DNA of 64,000 nucleotides from Lama glama (lineage: Eukaryota): positions 36,148,001-36,212,000 of the forward strand of contig CM052817.1 in assembly GCA_028534125.1 (NCBI GenBank), given 5' to 3'. Shown piece after piece: positions 38,633 through 50,162 of this stretch. The notes under the pieces are model-generated. The model saw only the letters and a list, made by a program, of their open reading frames with translations. It ran no database searches and was not told the origin of the DNA. Each line of letters begins with the position of its first letter. Within the stretch, counting starts at the first letter, position 1. Both the position numbers and the translations under genes were made by a program.

Positions 38633-40769
38633 GTAAGTGCGTGTGTTTTCCTCCCCCCTCCCATCCCTCTCTTTCCTCGGTCAGATCTGTGCATTGCCTC
38701 CCATGTGGAAACTGCCCCGCCTCCTTCCTGTAACCTTGGGTCTGTGCCCAGGACCCCTACGAGGTTTCCTGTGAGATGGTGAGGTTTGTGTGGTCCTTCA
38801 AGAAGAAATGCTCCTTGGAGCGTATCCAAGACTGATGCAGAGTCAGCTAACGTTTGTAAAATTAACCTGTCACATCAAATTCTAATCTAAAATGAGCAGC
38901 TTAAAGCTAAGTTTCTAGCTGACAGCACTGGTTTTGATTTTTGGTTTTGTTTTTTCATCTTAATAAACTTTAAGGAGAAATAAGGAAAGTGGCACTTTAA
39001 ATCTTACTGGTTTTTAAGCTCATTTTAAAAGCGAAGATGATAGTTGTCAAGTTGAATGCACAATACACAAAAGCAGCGAGCGCGTGTGACTGACAGGGTA
39101 CCCTTCCCTAATGCGTCTTAAGACGTGATGTAATCATCATCATGGAGCATTATGCTGAGGAAGAGCCTTCCCTGTTTACAAGTGACTGCACACAGGATGT
39201 CTTAAGTCACAGCATGAGACAGGCATAGAACGAGGTAGATTTCTGTCTCTTATGTTGGATTAAGTTTTATCATTATGAAGTGATTTTATTTTAATCCAAA
39301 TTATTTAAACAACGTAAATACAGTTTCTCTGAGTCCTCTTTCATACTTCTCAAAAGTATTGGGAAATAAAAGTATCGTAACAATTAACTTTGGCCTTTAA
39401 AACGTGCTGTATTCCAGTTTATTTCAGTGACTGTATACATTTATTTTTAGGATCTCTGATTTGGATCTGTCCTATTATGATTTTCTCAAGATTTATTAAT
39501 TTTTATATTTAAGTATTTGCTTTTCTTTCTCTGTGAATTGTAGGATGTTTATAAAATATGATAAACGGTTAAAGGAAATAATACCCCAAATAACACTAAT
39601 CATAATCCTCAAAGACAAACCAGGATTAATGTTTTGATGTGTTTCATTGTGGTCTTCTTCCCAAGCGTATTTTTGCTTTATCTGTTCGTTTTCCCCAGAT
39701 GTTTATATTCACATTATGCACAGATACCCTATAATTCTATAACCTTCACAAGTTTTAAGAAAATACAATTGATGGAAATCAGTAATCACCATACAAGTTA
39801 AGGACTGTGAGGGACTTCAACTATCACAGAATCCAGGTCCATCACTTCGCATCTGAGGCGAGTGAAGCCCCTCACGGGGCCCGGCTGGGGCTGGGGTCAG
39901 ATGCCCTCTTCTCCTCGCTGCCCTCTGCTAGGAGCCATCCAGGATCCTTTCCTTGAACAGGCAGAGCAGGGATAAAATCAGTTCATTGTGCACAGTTAAA
40001 TAAGCCCCAAGCTATCCCCTTTCCCATGTTTGCTTATTAAGAAGAAGAAAAGGAAGCCTGGTGTTTGCATGTTTGATGTGTGCATTTCTAAGCGAAATGA
40101 GAAGCTGGACCACACTGCACGATGGGGGAGAATGTGGATAACGGCACTGCTTCATCCAGCTCTCCTGAGGGTAGTGTTGTATCTCAGATCTCAAGTACTT
40201 AGCACAGTGCTTGCCCTATAATCAGCTCTCAATTAACACTTGTGCATATGAAAAGTATGCATATAAAATTACTCAGTTAACTGTACAGGCTCATTAGTAT
40301 TCTGTGATCCAGTTGCTGAATTCTGAGACTAATTTTTATAAGAAGTATAAGTATTAACTCTGTTTTTGGAAAAAAACCTGTAAATTATGGATATACCAGT
40401 TGCTAATTAGAAATTTAACGGTTCATCAGATGAAATATGTAAAAGTGAGTAAGCATTCAGGGTAAATAAAGACTTGCAGTGTATGGAGACCCTGAATGTG
40501 AATACATACATAGCAGCAGCAGAGAGAGAAAGTGTCTGCATGTCTTAGTCCTTCACGTCATTCTGCAAGATGCCAGGTTAACTCTAACAGCCTGGTTGCA
40601 TGGTGCCTGCTGGGGAGCGCTGTCTTTCACCGCTTACCCTAAAGCCAGCTCCAGTCTTGATAGCAAGTGACACCTGGCAGTGCTGATTCTACAGGGTGAT
40701 AAACTGCGAATTTCCACATGATGATAATTCACCTGATGAACAGTATCCTCTAGGAGAGACAGCAAATGA

Positions 40770-40928
<159 letters not shown>

Positions 40929-43140
40929 GGAGGCAGCCCCATCCGAGCAGAGGGGGCTGGGGTGCAGGGGACAGAGGCCCTCCCCCCACACCCCGCCTCC
41001 CTTGGCGAATAGCAGCTCCGCAAAAACTGAAGTCAGCCTCAGAGCTGGACCTACAAGGCGTGTAGCCCTGCTGCCTCCAGGCCACTGGGGTCAGCTCCAG
41101 TTTCCATTGGCTGCCTCAGAAGCCACCTAGATGGAGGGAGGCAGCCCGCCCCACGCAGGGCTTCTGTAAGGGAAAGTCACAGTCGCCACGCACCCTGGTG
41201 CACACAGACACACGCAGACGCTGACACTGCAGCGATGAATCACTACATTGAGACACACTCATCTGCAGAGAATGTCCCCTGTCCTTCCCTGGATAACTGA
41301 GAAACAGACCATTCTCTGTCTAACTGTGACAAAGACCAGCTCAGGACTTCACTCCATAGAGCGAGCTGGCTGGGCACCTCTGTGTCCTCTTCAGACCCAG
41401 CAAAGTGGGAAGATGCACTGGAGCCCTGTTTGCTGCCTTGGCCATTATCGCGACCTTTGCCCAGAGCTGCACCTTTCCCTGCTCAGCTCTCGGGTAAACG
41501 GGAGCCGCGTCTGCCCCCTGCGGCAGGGCGGTCCTCTGTCTGACCTTGTTTCTTCACGACGTCCTCAGCGACAGAGACCTGTGTTCCCTGACTGGGTGGG
41601 GCTGGACCACCTGCAGAGGACGGGGGGTGGGGGGATATAGCAGTAGCTATGTCCATGCGGATTGTTCAGTTAGGCAGGAGTTAAGAGCTGGGGAATTCTC
41701 CCCCGAACACGGACTGCACTTGTCAGCCTCAAATCTTCACATCAAATGCTAAGCGAGGCCATCATGCCATGGAAGCCTGTTTGGGGTTTGGTTTCATTTT
41801 GGCTCTAGCCAAACAGAAGGGTCTTGCTTCATTCTTAGCTCAAGGGTAGAGGATCATGAGAGAGAAAGAGCCTGTATTCTCAGCCTCCTGCGTACTTACC
41901 AGCGTTTAATTTTTTTCTTTTAAAGTAAACCTGCACTAAAAATCTTCTAACTGAGGGGTACGTGTAGCCCTCAGAGCTCAGCCTAAGGCAGAATCTAAAT
42001 CACACTATTTTCAAGATCACATGTAAAGAGAAAAAATAATGGTGTGTAGCCAGTTATGATTATACTTTCTTCAAGGACTGTGTCACAAAGCTGTCTACAT
42101 TAGACATTTTGGAGGGACCAGGGAGTTGAAGACACCAAATCATTCATCTCTTCAGTGTGCTGATGTCATCTTTTGACTTGTTACCTTCTGACCTTCTGTG
42201 TCTACACTGAGGAAAGTGGGTTCTGGCTCTGCCTGTCCAGCCCAGCCCCTTTGTGCTTTGTGAGGTTGAGCACAGGGTTCTGCACACCAGCCCCAGGTTG
42301 CCCAGAGAAAGTGTTTTGGTGGGCTCTGCCTTTGGCAGATAATGGTGCAGAATGAACAGGACGACAAAGGGGTACCATTTTGTTTTGTTTAATAATAATA
42401 ATGAGAAAACTCTTTCTGACCAGTTAACCAGTTTCCGAAATGGGTTCTTGAGAAACCGTCTGGTCAGATTGGATTCATAGCAGCATTTTCCATGGTTGAA
42501 ATGAGGTAGCAGCTGTCTATCAGATGAAAATCCTTTCCATCAGGAGTAGGGGGAAAAGAATACCTTTAAGTTTGCTCTTAAAAAAAAATTATATAGAAGC
42601 ATGAGCTGTGTGTTGGAAGTGCCCTGGTTTAATCTACACACCTAAAGATGGTACGTAATCCTACTATATATATATATATAGTTTGGTATTCTTTGCTCTG
42701 CTGTTTACATTGCAGATTGCTATAATTTCAAGGAGTTATATTATAAATAAAATGATGCACTTTAGGACGTTTTCTATTTTTGAAATCGGAACATGAATCA
42801 TTCACATGACCAAAAATTGTATTTTTTAAAACAAATACATGTCTAGTTTGTCCTTTCTGAGTAGTTATTCTCTTAAATAAGCTATAATATAAATCGAATC
42901 ATTACCAGTTGACTTTCAAAGCACATCTGTTTGAGTATTGTTTTGAAAATACTAATATGCTACAGAACTTGAAAAGAAAATCTATATAAATGAGAAGCTA
43001 CTAAATGTTTTGAAATCTATTGTCTCTGCCAAAGGTAAATTAAGTAAAAGATTTATTCAGGAAACCCGCCCATTCAAATTTGTATGATTGAATAAAAGAA
43101 GACACCAAGTTATAGTAAAATAAATAGTGTATGGAATATC
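40929..43140 (+). other. FAM13A: FAM13A 3'UTR (proximal form; end approximate)
   Basis: Follows the stop codon; becomes AT-rich and ends in a cluster of AATAAA hexamers. Confidence 0.6.
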
Positions 43141-43188
43141 GTGTTTTCCTTTGTAGTTTCTAATCATCAATATATTTCCTAGAATAAA
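43091..43188 (+). terminator. Cluster of poly(A) signals for FAM13A (AATAAA at 43091, 43119, 43183; another at 42746)
   Basis: Hexamers read directly; GT/T-rich gtgttttcctttgtagtttc about 20 nt after 43119. Confidence 0.6.
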
Positions 43189-43403
43189 TGAAGAACAAAT
43201 GAAGGGGAGGAGCCCTGTTTATGCTGGATTCTATCTGAAGACATGTTAGTCGGTGGGTTCCGGCTCCGCCAGAAATGCGGAGGCAAATTTATTTCCACAG
43301 CAACCATGTCTGCAGCCCTGAGTCTCAGAGCCCTAGAAGCAGTGTCTTAATTGGCTTCACACAGAACACTCAGGACTGCGGTTTGTCCTTTGCTCTCTTG
43401 AGG

Positions 43404-43471
43404 GAGAGAGAGAGAGAGAGCGAGAGAGACAGAGAGAGAGAGAGAGTGTGTGTGTGTGTGTGTGTGTGTGT
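43404..43471. repeat. Compound (GA)n(GT)n microsatellite
   Basis: Directly visible. Confidence 0.95.
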
Positions 43472-44820
43472 ATTAGGACATGCCAACAAAATAAATGTCA
43501 AGGGTTATTTAATAACAATGATAAGTAAAAAAGCGTAAACTTGAGTGTATGATTGTAAGAATCAGAGATAGCAGGGGCTTGTCACTTTCCCAGGCGTTTG
43601 CTTTTATTGTGTTTTTGTCTGGAGCAGACCTTGCAAGAGCTGTTTATATAAAGTACGGTAGCGTTATTGTTTTATCTTTGAAGCACTGCATTTGGAGTTC
43701 ACTTTTTAGACATGTTTGTGCAAGGTTTAGGCCAAGGGCCTGCTGAGAAGTTTTTCAAGACAGCTGAAATTGTGTCTTGTGCTGGTAGGAGAAAGCTCAC
43801 ACAATGTCAGTGATCTCCAGTTCAGGGGAAATTTCCATGAAAGACTAAATCATATTTCAAACTGGAGGACCAATTTTCTTTTAATTGCTACCTAATTCAT
43901 TAGGAGCTAATAATTAGATTTCTTCCTTTTGGTTGCCAGCTGGAAGTCAAAAGATGATTATTCGTTGCCAAGGGAAGGATCAGCAGTGACTCTGTTTGTG
44001 GTATCAGTGTGATTTTTGCTTTGTCTCATTCTGATGCAACAGTTGCGTGGTGGTGGAAGAGCCTGTTAACAGGATGCACCTGTTCCCAGGTGTGGCATGT
44101 CTAGCCCAGGACAAATGCCTCAGGGCTGTGCTTGTGTCATAAGTATAGCACTGAGGTGTCCTGAGGGATGGGCCTTCATGGATGTGGTTGAGCTTAGAAT
44201 TCCTCATAAGGTGAATATTAAGGTTTATTATGAGAATCAAGGGGCAGCCATGTACCAGGTAAGTTGGTTCTTTCTGGGGCTGCCTAGTTCTCAGTAAACA
44301 GAATTGGGTCGTGTATCCAGAACTGATCACAGATCTGCAAGGAAAATCAAAATTTAGTTTATTAGTTTTTTAAGAGATTCTTAATCTGATCACAAAGATG
44401 CAATTTTTCTTAAAGGTATATCATTTTCTACCATTGGTATATTTATAGTTGAATGCCATTAACTCTTTGCTTTGTGCAAATCTGGTTGTGGTCTAAAATC
44501 GGTTTTGCTTTCAAGGCGGGGCTTCCTGAGGGGGTTTCTCCCTGGGTTAGGAGAGGCGGTTTCTGCGCCAAAACCCACACCTTTGTGGTATTCTTCCGTT
44601 TGGTTAAACCAACAGGGAGGGTAAAACTGGACTAAAACGTTGAAGCAGTGTTTCCTTGGAAGCCCGTGGGGTTAGCAGAAGCCAGAATGTGCTCTCCTTT
44701 CATTAATCCCCTTGCTTTTTATTTTTTCCCCACACGACCTTCAAAATCTACTGTAAACGACATTTTGTCAAAAGAGAGGCTAAGCGTCCTTTCAGATCTG
44801 TGTGTACTGAAACTGTGTAT

Positions 44821-45020
44821 GCTGACGTCTCGGCGTGGCCGCCCCCACAGGACCCAGAGCCGGGTGACGTGCGCGCACTGTGGCGCTGGCTACTTTCCCG
44901 GGTAGGGACTGCGTCCTCGTGGGTATCTGCGCGCTCCCACCACAGTCCTTCGTAATAGGTGTGTGTAGATAGGCTGAGGCTTACAGGTCTCCGCGGGTGT
45001 GCAGCCGCATGAAACCCGCA
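44821..45020. promoter_or_regulatory. Small CpG-dense patch with CRE/ATF-like sites
   Basis: About 19 CpG in 200 bp (hand count); TGACGT twice, GTGCGCGCAC palindrome, GC box-like CCGCCC. Confidence 0.4.
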
Positions 45021-45347
45021 CAGCTGCAAGTCCGTACTGCTATGAAACTGCACTTATGTCTCTAGGGGATCTCATTTTGCCTGGAATCCAGCCAGTCGTG
45101 GTCACATGCGCAGCTCGAGAAATCCGTGTGTCAGATCGAATTCTCAATCTGAAGGCATCCACACGATCATGACATCTCCAAGGGTGGGTACAATTTTAGT
45201 AAAATAACATGGGCCCAGAGCAATGTTTACATGACACGGAAGCAGAACGTTATTTGAAATGACGGTTGTTCCTTTTATAAATGTAAACCGAATTTTAAAA
45301 AACTGTTATGTACATTTTTGTACATGACTGTATTTTGTATAAACTTC

Positions 45348-45353
45348 AATAAA
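45348..45353 (+). terminator. Distal poly(A) signal, probable long FAM13A 3'UTR end
   Basis: AATAAA preceded by five TGTA elements within 70 nt. Confidence 0.6.
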
Positions 45354-46296
45354 ATATTTTTAACTGAACGTTCTGAAATTTTTGACAGCCTCCAGAATGT
45401 GTGATGGAACCACCCTGTAGCCTCTGACCCTTGCCTTTGGTAAGGAATCACGCTGCTCCCCGAGCTCCTCAGAAGCCTCATGAGGATTAAGATTTGTTGT
45501 TCTGTCTCCAGGGAGGGCACCCGAAGGTGACACCAACTGGGCACAAGCTGGATGTGCCCGTGATGCTGGGTTGAAGAACAGGCTGGTGCTCTGTGCTCAG
45601 CTGCCTTTGAAACAGTTCACGGAAGAGGCTGGAGGGATGCAGAAAGAAAAGCATTAAGAAAAACAATTGTTTAAGTACATTTCCAAAGTCTAGGAGGCCA
45701 TCATAGGTAAACACGCAAACCATTTTCTACTTTGAAGCTAATGAAGCCACCAGAAAACTGTGATGGCGCATTTCAGTTGTGTGAGGTGAGTGCCTCGCCC
45801 CTGGGGAGGTCAGGTCTGCAGGTGTTCTCTAAGTGACTCAAATACACATTCAAAATATAGTAAACATGAAATTTTTTTTAAAAATGAAGGATTGGAGTAA
45901 AGACCTTGTCCCAGTCCTGACACCAGATTCAACCCGAGATCTGGCTAACTCGGGAGCATGAAGGTACAGCACTGCTAACAGCACAATTGCATGCTTTCTG
46001 CCAAAACTGAAGCTCTCCCTGAATAGTTTGATTTTTGAAATACTGGGTCCAAAGTAATAGGCAGTAGGTATTGATCCTCCGTTTTCTTAAATCCTATTTT
46101 CATTGTTGCCCCTATGGGCGACTAGGGGGACCAGAAAGTGATGCTGGCCCTAGTACACCAGCTTCTATAGCCTGGTGCAAGGACCGAGGGTCCTCCAAGC
46201 CCCAAGCCCCGCCCTTGCTCCCTGGGAAGTGGACAACCTGAAGGGGAATTTCAGATGGACTGCAGGAGGTTGAGGGAGAGGTCCTTTTCAATCTTT

Positions 46297-46480
46297 TTTT
46301 TTTAAACTCCATCTTTTTTTAAATTTTTTAAAATATTTATTTATTACTGTATTTATTTTTTATTTTGGCGGGGGTGGGGGTAATTAGGCTTATTTATCTT
46401 TAGAGGAGGTACTGGGGATTGAACCCAGGACTTTGTGCCTGCTGAGCATGTGCTCTACCACTTGAGCTATACCCTCCCCA
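46297..46480 (-). mobile_element. tRNA-derived camelid-type SINE (Vic-1-like)
   Basis: Reverse complement of ggggagggtatagctcaagtggtagagc...ggttcaatcccc; TSD TTCAATCTTT (46287-46296, 46482-46491). Confidence 0.92.
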
Positions 46481-46872
46481 CTTCAATCTTTCGATGGTCT
46501 CCTTACTACCTCCTCTAGAAGTGGATTCTGAATCTTGTAAGACAAAATGTATCAGAGTTCTCCCTGAGCTGGGTCAGCTTATCAAGGCTATAAATACACC
46601 GTTGAATTTCATACTCAGTAAAAGCCAAAAGTCAAAATTCCCAAATGCATTTTTAGAATGCTGGTTGGCAGGCCGACAAATGGGATTTGGCAGGAACTGG
46701 CTTGTTGACAGCTTGCTTCTTAGTTTTCTTCTCCATCAACAAGGCTTATACCACAGAGGGGCTCTGAGTTGTGCAGCATCTGCCCCAGGGTATGCACCCC
46801 AACACAAAATGGACTAAGAACCTCCATGTCTCAGCTGGTTCTCTGTGTGTATAAATTCTGTTACTGTGACTT

Positions 46873-47139
46873 TTTTTTATTGAGGTATGGTCAGTTTACA
46901 ATGTGTCAATTTCTGGTGTACAGCACAATGCTTCAGTCATTCATGAATATACATATATTCGTTTTCATATTCTTTTTCACCATAAGCTACTACAAGATAT
47001 TGTATACAGTTCCCTGTGCTATGCAGTATAAACTTGTTATCTATTTTATATGTGCTAGTCAGCATCTACAAATCTCGAACTCTCAGTTTTTCCCTTCCCA
47101 TTCCCTTCCCCGCTGGTAACCACAAGCCTGTTTTCCATG
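46873..47139 (-). mobile_element. 5'-truncated young L1 (3'UTR only)
   Basis: Poly(T), antisense L1 3' end, perfect 16-bp TSD TCTGTTACTGTGACTT (46857-46872, 47140-47155). Confidence 0.9.
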
Positions 47140-50100
47140 TCTGTTACTGTGACTTGAAACTCACAATCTTTTACATGTTTGAATCTTCCTTTCATTTCTC
47201 AAAAGCAATTCAAAGATGCTAAGAAATCCTGTCATGCTTTTGGTTCTACGGCTTTCAGTGCTTCCTGGTAAGATATTTTGTGTTTTGTCTGTAACTTTCT
47301 GTTAATTTTGAAGAACTTAAAATGACAGGACAAGATTAGACAAAGAGGAGGGAAGGCAGGGAGGGAGACAGTGAAGAGTCTGTTTCTCTCTGATATCAGA
47401 GAGCAGGATTTCTTGAGCTGGAATACTGGCTAGGGTTCAAATAGTACAGTTGTCCCATGGGTGCCTAACAACCTGCATTTCTGACAAGCTTCCGGGGGCT
47501 TTGATGCTGCTCATCCCAAGTCCCTCGTTTAAGCAGAGGGTGCAGACTGCGTCCTGGGTGTTTGGAAATAAGCAGCTTCAGTCAATTCAAAATCCAAAAT
47601 TGACAGTGATCGGCACACTTGCCAGCACCAGCGGAGGCCAAATGCTGCTTGATGCTTAAGATCCAGACTATAGACAGATGGCTTAGCTCTGTGACCAGAC
47701 ACACTCCTTACCCTCCCTGTCTCCGTTTCTAAACCATCTGAAAAATGGGAATAATCGTCGTACCTGCCTCACCAAGGTTAGTATGGGAACTTACCTGGAT
47801 GAACATAAAGGGATCACACTCTAAATCTTCAGTCAATGATGGTGGTGGGCTATTATCATCAGCACTGAGATAAAGATACGCTCTTATGTGGAAATCCAAC
47901 GAGACATTTTGTATCACTACAGAAAAGGAATTGTATTTCCCTCACCACAACTCCCCTCACCCTGTGATCCCTTGTTTGTATAAGTCAGAAACAGCAGGCA
48001 CCTCCAGCCCTTTAAGTACAAATCAGTACTAACTGGTAAGCATGATTTTATGGAAACACCGACCCATTCTCTTGGTCTGAAAAGTAAAATTCTGACTATT
48101 CTCAAAGCAATTTGCATCAAAACCTGTGTGCAGCTTTCTCCAAAAGATCTTTGCTGGCTAAATTCCCTCCCTCATAGAGCAGGACAGACTCCTCTTAAGT
48201 CTACTCCCTGAAACATTTTGGGAGGTCCATATCTGCTCAGACACGTAAGAATTAATTGAGACGGCAGCTGAAACCAACATGGGAATGCCAAGTTTTGTGG
48301 AGGGAAGGAACAGAATAACCTTTGAACTGATTTCTAGGTCATTTGGTGTCTTGAAATCTCTGTCTCAGGGTTTATTTTTAAACCCCTAAAAACTAGGTGT
48401 ACCCTAGGGAGGAGATTTGCTCTGATTTTGGAAGCTCCTAATTAGCATGCTACATTTCATCAAGCCTGTGGGCAAGGCAGAGACTGGGCGGGGTCTTGGG
48501 TCCTCCCCCAGGCCCTCATCAGCCCCAGAGGGGCAAAGTGGACGTGCCACTGCTCGGCCGGCAACAGGGCAAGTTTTGGGTTCAGCTGATCTGACCCTAG
48601 CATTGAGTGAGGTGCTGCCCCCCATCACCTCGGCGACAGAAACTCCAGGTCTCATCTCCATACAATCTGCCAGTGACTTGAACTTGAGAGTCCTTGAGTC
48701 TACTACACCAACATCCGAGCTCCTGGGAGCGCCCAGGCAGGAAAGGTCAGGAGACCCATTTTTAACAACAACAAGCCTCTGGCAGTGGCAGGCTGGTCCT
48801 GCTGGGACCACAAGCCAGGACCTAGTTGGCACTTGCAGTTGATCTTGGCCCTCAAGAGCTCCAGCTTCTTATGGCACCGTGGGGAATGGGGTTATTTCAG
48901 AATCTGCTCTTTGGCTTTCTTTTTCTCCTAATCTTAACGAAATGGTGACTGGGAAGGACTTCTGGTTTAACATTTTCCTGCATCTGAGGAGTGTGTGTGT
49001 GTTCTTGTTTAATTCCTCAGGAAGTTCAACACCAATGGGAGCTGAATCAATAATTACCAGAGATTGTATCCAACTCCCCTGGGATTAGGCCCCAGAAAAT
49101 CCGCTTTCAAAAGATATGAAGACCATGTGATTGTGCCTCCTGCCTAGCATCCTGCCATTCTTGGAAGAAAAACAAAAAAGAAAAGCTGACATCTGAACTA
49201 ATTTTCTCCATGCCACACATAACTCAGGAGGACACAGGCCATTAGTTTTAGAAGGAAATAAAGCACCAAAGCCTGGATTAGCTAATCTGTGGGAGAGGCC
49301 ACTATTAATACCGATGCAAAGAGTCTGCCCACAGTAAGGTGGGCCCCTCCTCCAGCACCTGTTCTGTTGCCTGTCCCAGTTTCTCACTACACAAGTGAAA
49401 GTTGTTTCAGATGGACGCCCAAACCCACACCTGATTCGGTGTGGGCGAGCAGCCCTGCCTGTGTTTGAGTCTATCTGGGTTAGCATCCCAAAGAAGAGAG
49501 CTGTAGTCAGAGACTGACATCTGCCACACCCTTCGCAGGGCTCTGCTCTCAGGTGAGCTAATCCCTCTTTTACCTGGGTTGGAAAGGCATGGTGGTAGTT
49601 TCTGTGTCACATCTGACTGGAGAATCCCCTCGATCTAATCCACAGGAGAATTTCTGAAGCCATGAGGACCTACTCTCTTCCTTGTCACAAGCCTCTCCTC
49701 AGCTTTGTGAGATACTGTTCCTGCAGGTAAGTCTGCAGATGGAGCCTGCCAATGGCACCTGTCAGTGCTCCCCAAAAGTGTTCCTTAAAAATCAAGACAT
49801 TCACAAACCAGAAGACTCATAACTCAAGCAACCTTGACTACTAACAAAGTAGTACAAAGGCAAGACAGGCACCATGTTCTTGGATATTCTAGAGACTTAA
49901 ACCATGTTCTTGGTTTAAAATCTGCTTGCCTCCATTTCTAGGAGCCAAAGAAAACTGGAGACAACCAACATTTACACTTCTTTTTAAAAAGGAAATGATA
50001 AAATTCTGCAGAATAGCCTTGATTTTACTGACTTTCTCTTCCATGCTTGACCCTAACACAAAATATTCTGAGTTACACCTCAGATCTGTACTGGTTCCTG

Positions 50101-50162
50101 CTGTATGCCCTCCTTCATTCCACCTTTATCTCCATCATCCAATGAACTGTGATTTGGCTGTA

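Noticed and set aside
41894..47800. Consensus minus-strand donors (GTAAGT at about 41899 and 47794) as antisense lncRNA exons
   Set aside because: Isolated hexamers without matched acceptors; one lies in a MIR-like repeat
48404..48842. Overlapping 142-aa and 131-aa antiparallel ORFs in the intergenic gap
   Set aside because: GC-rich stop-poor segment with no protein-family resemblance
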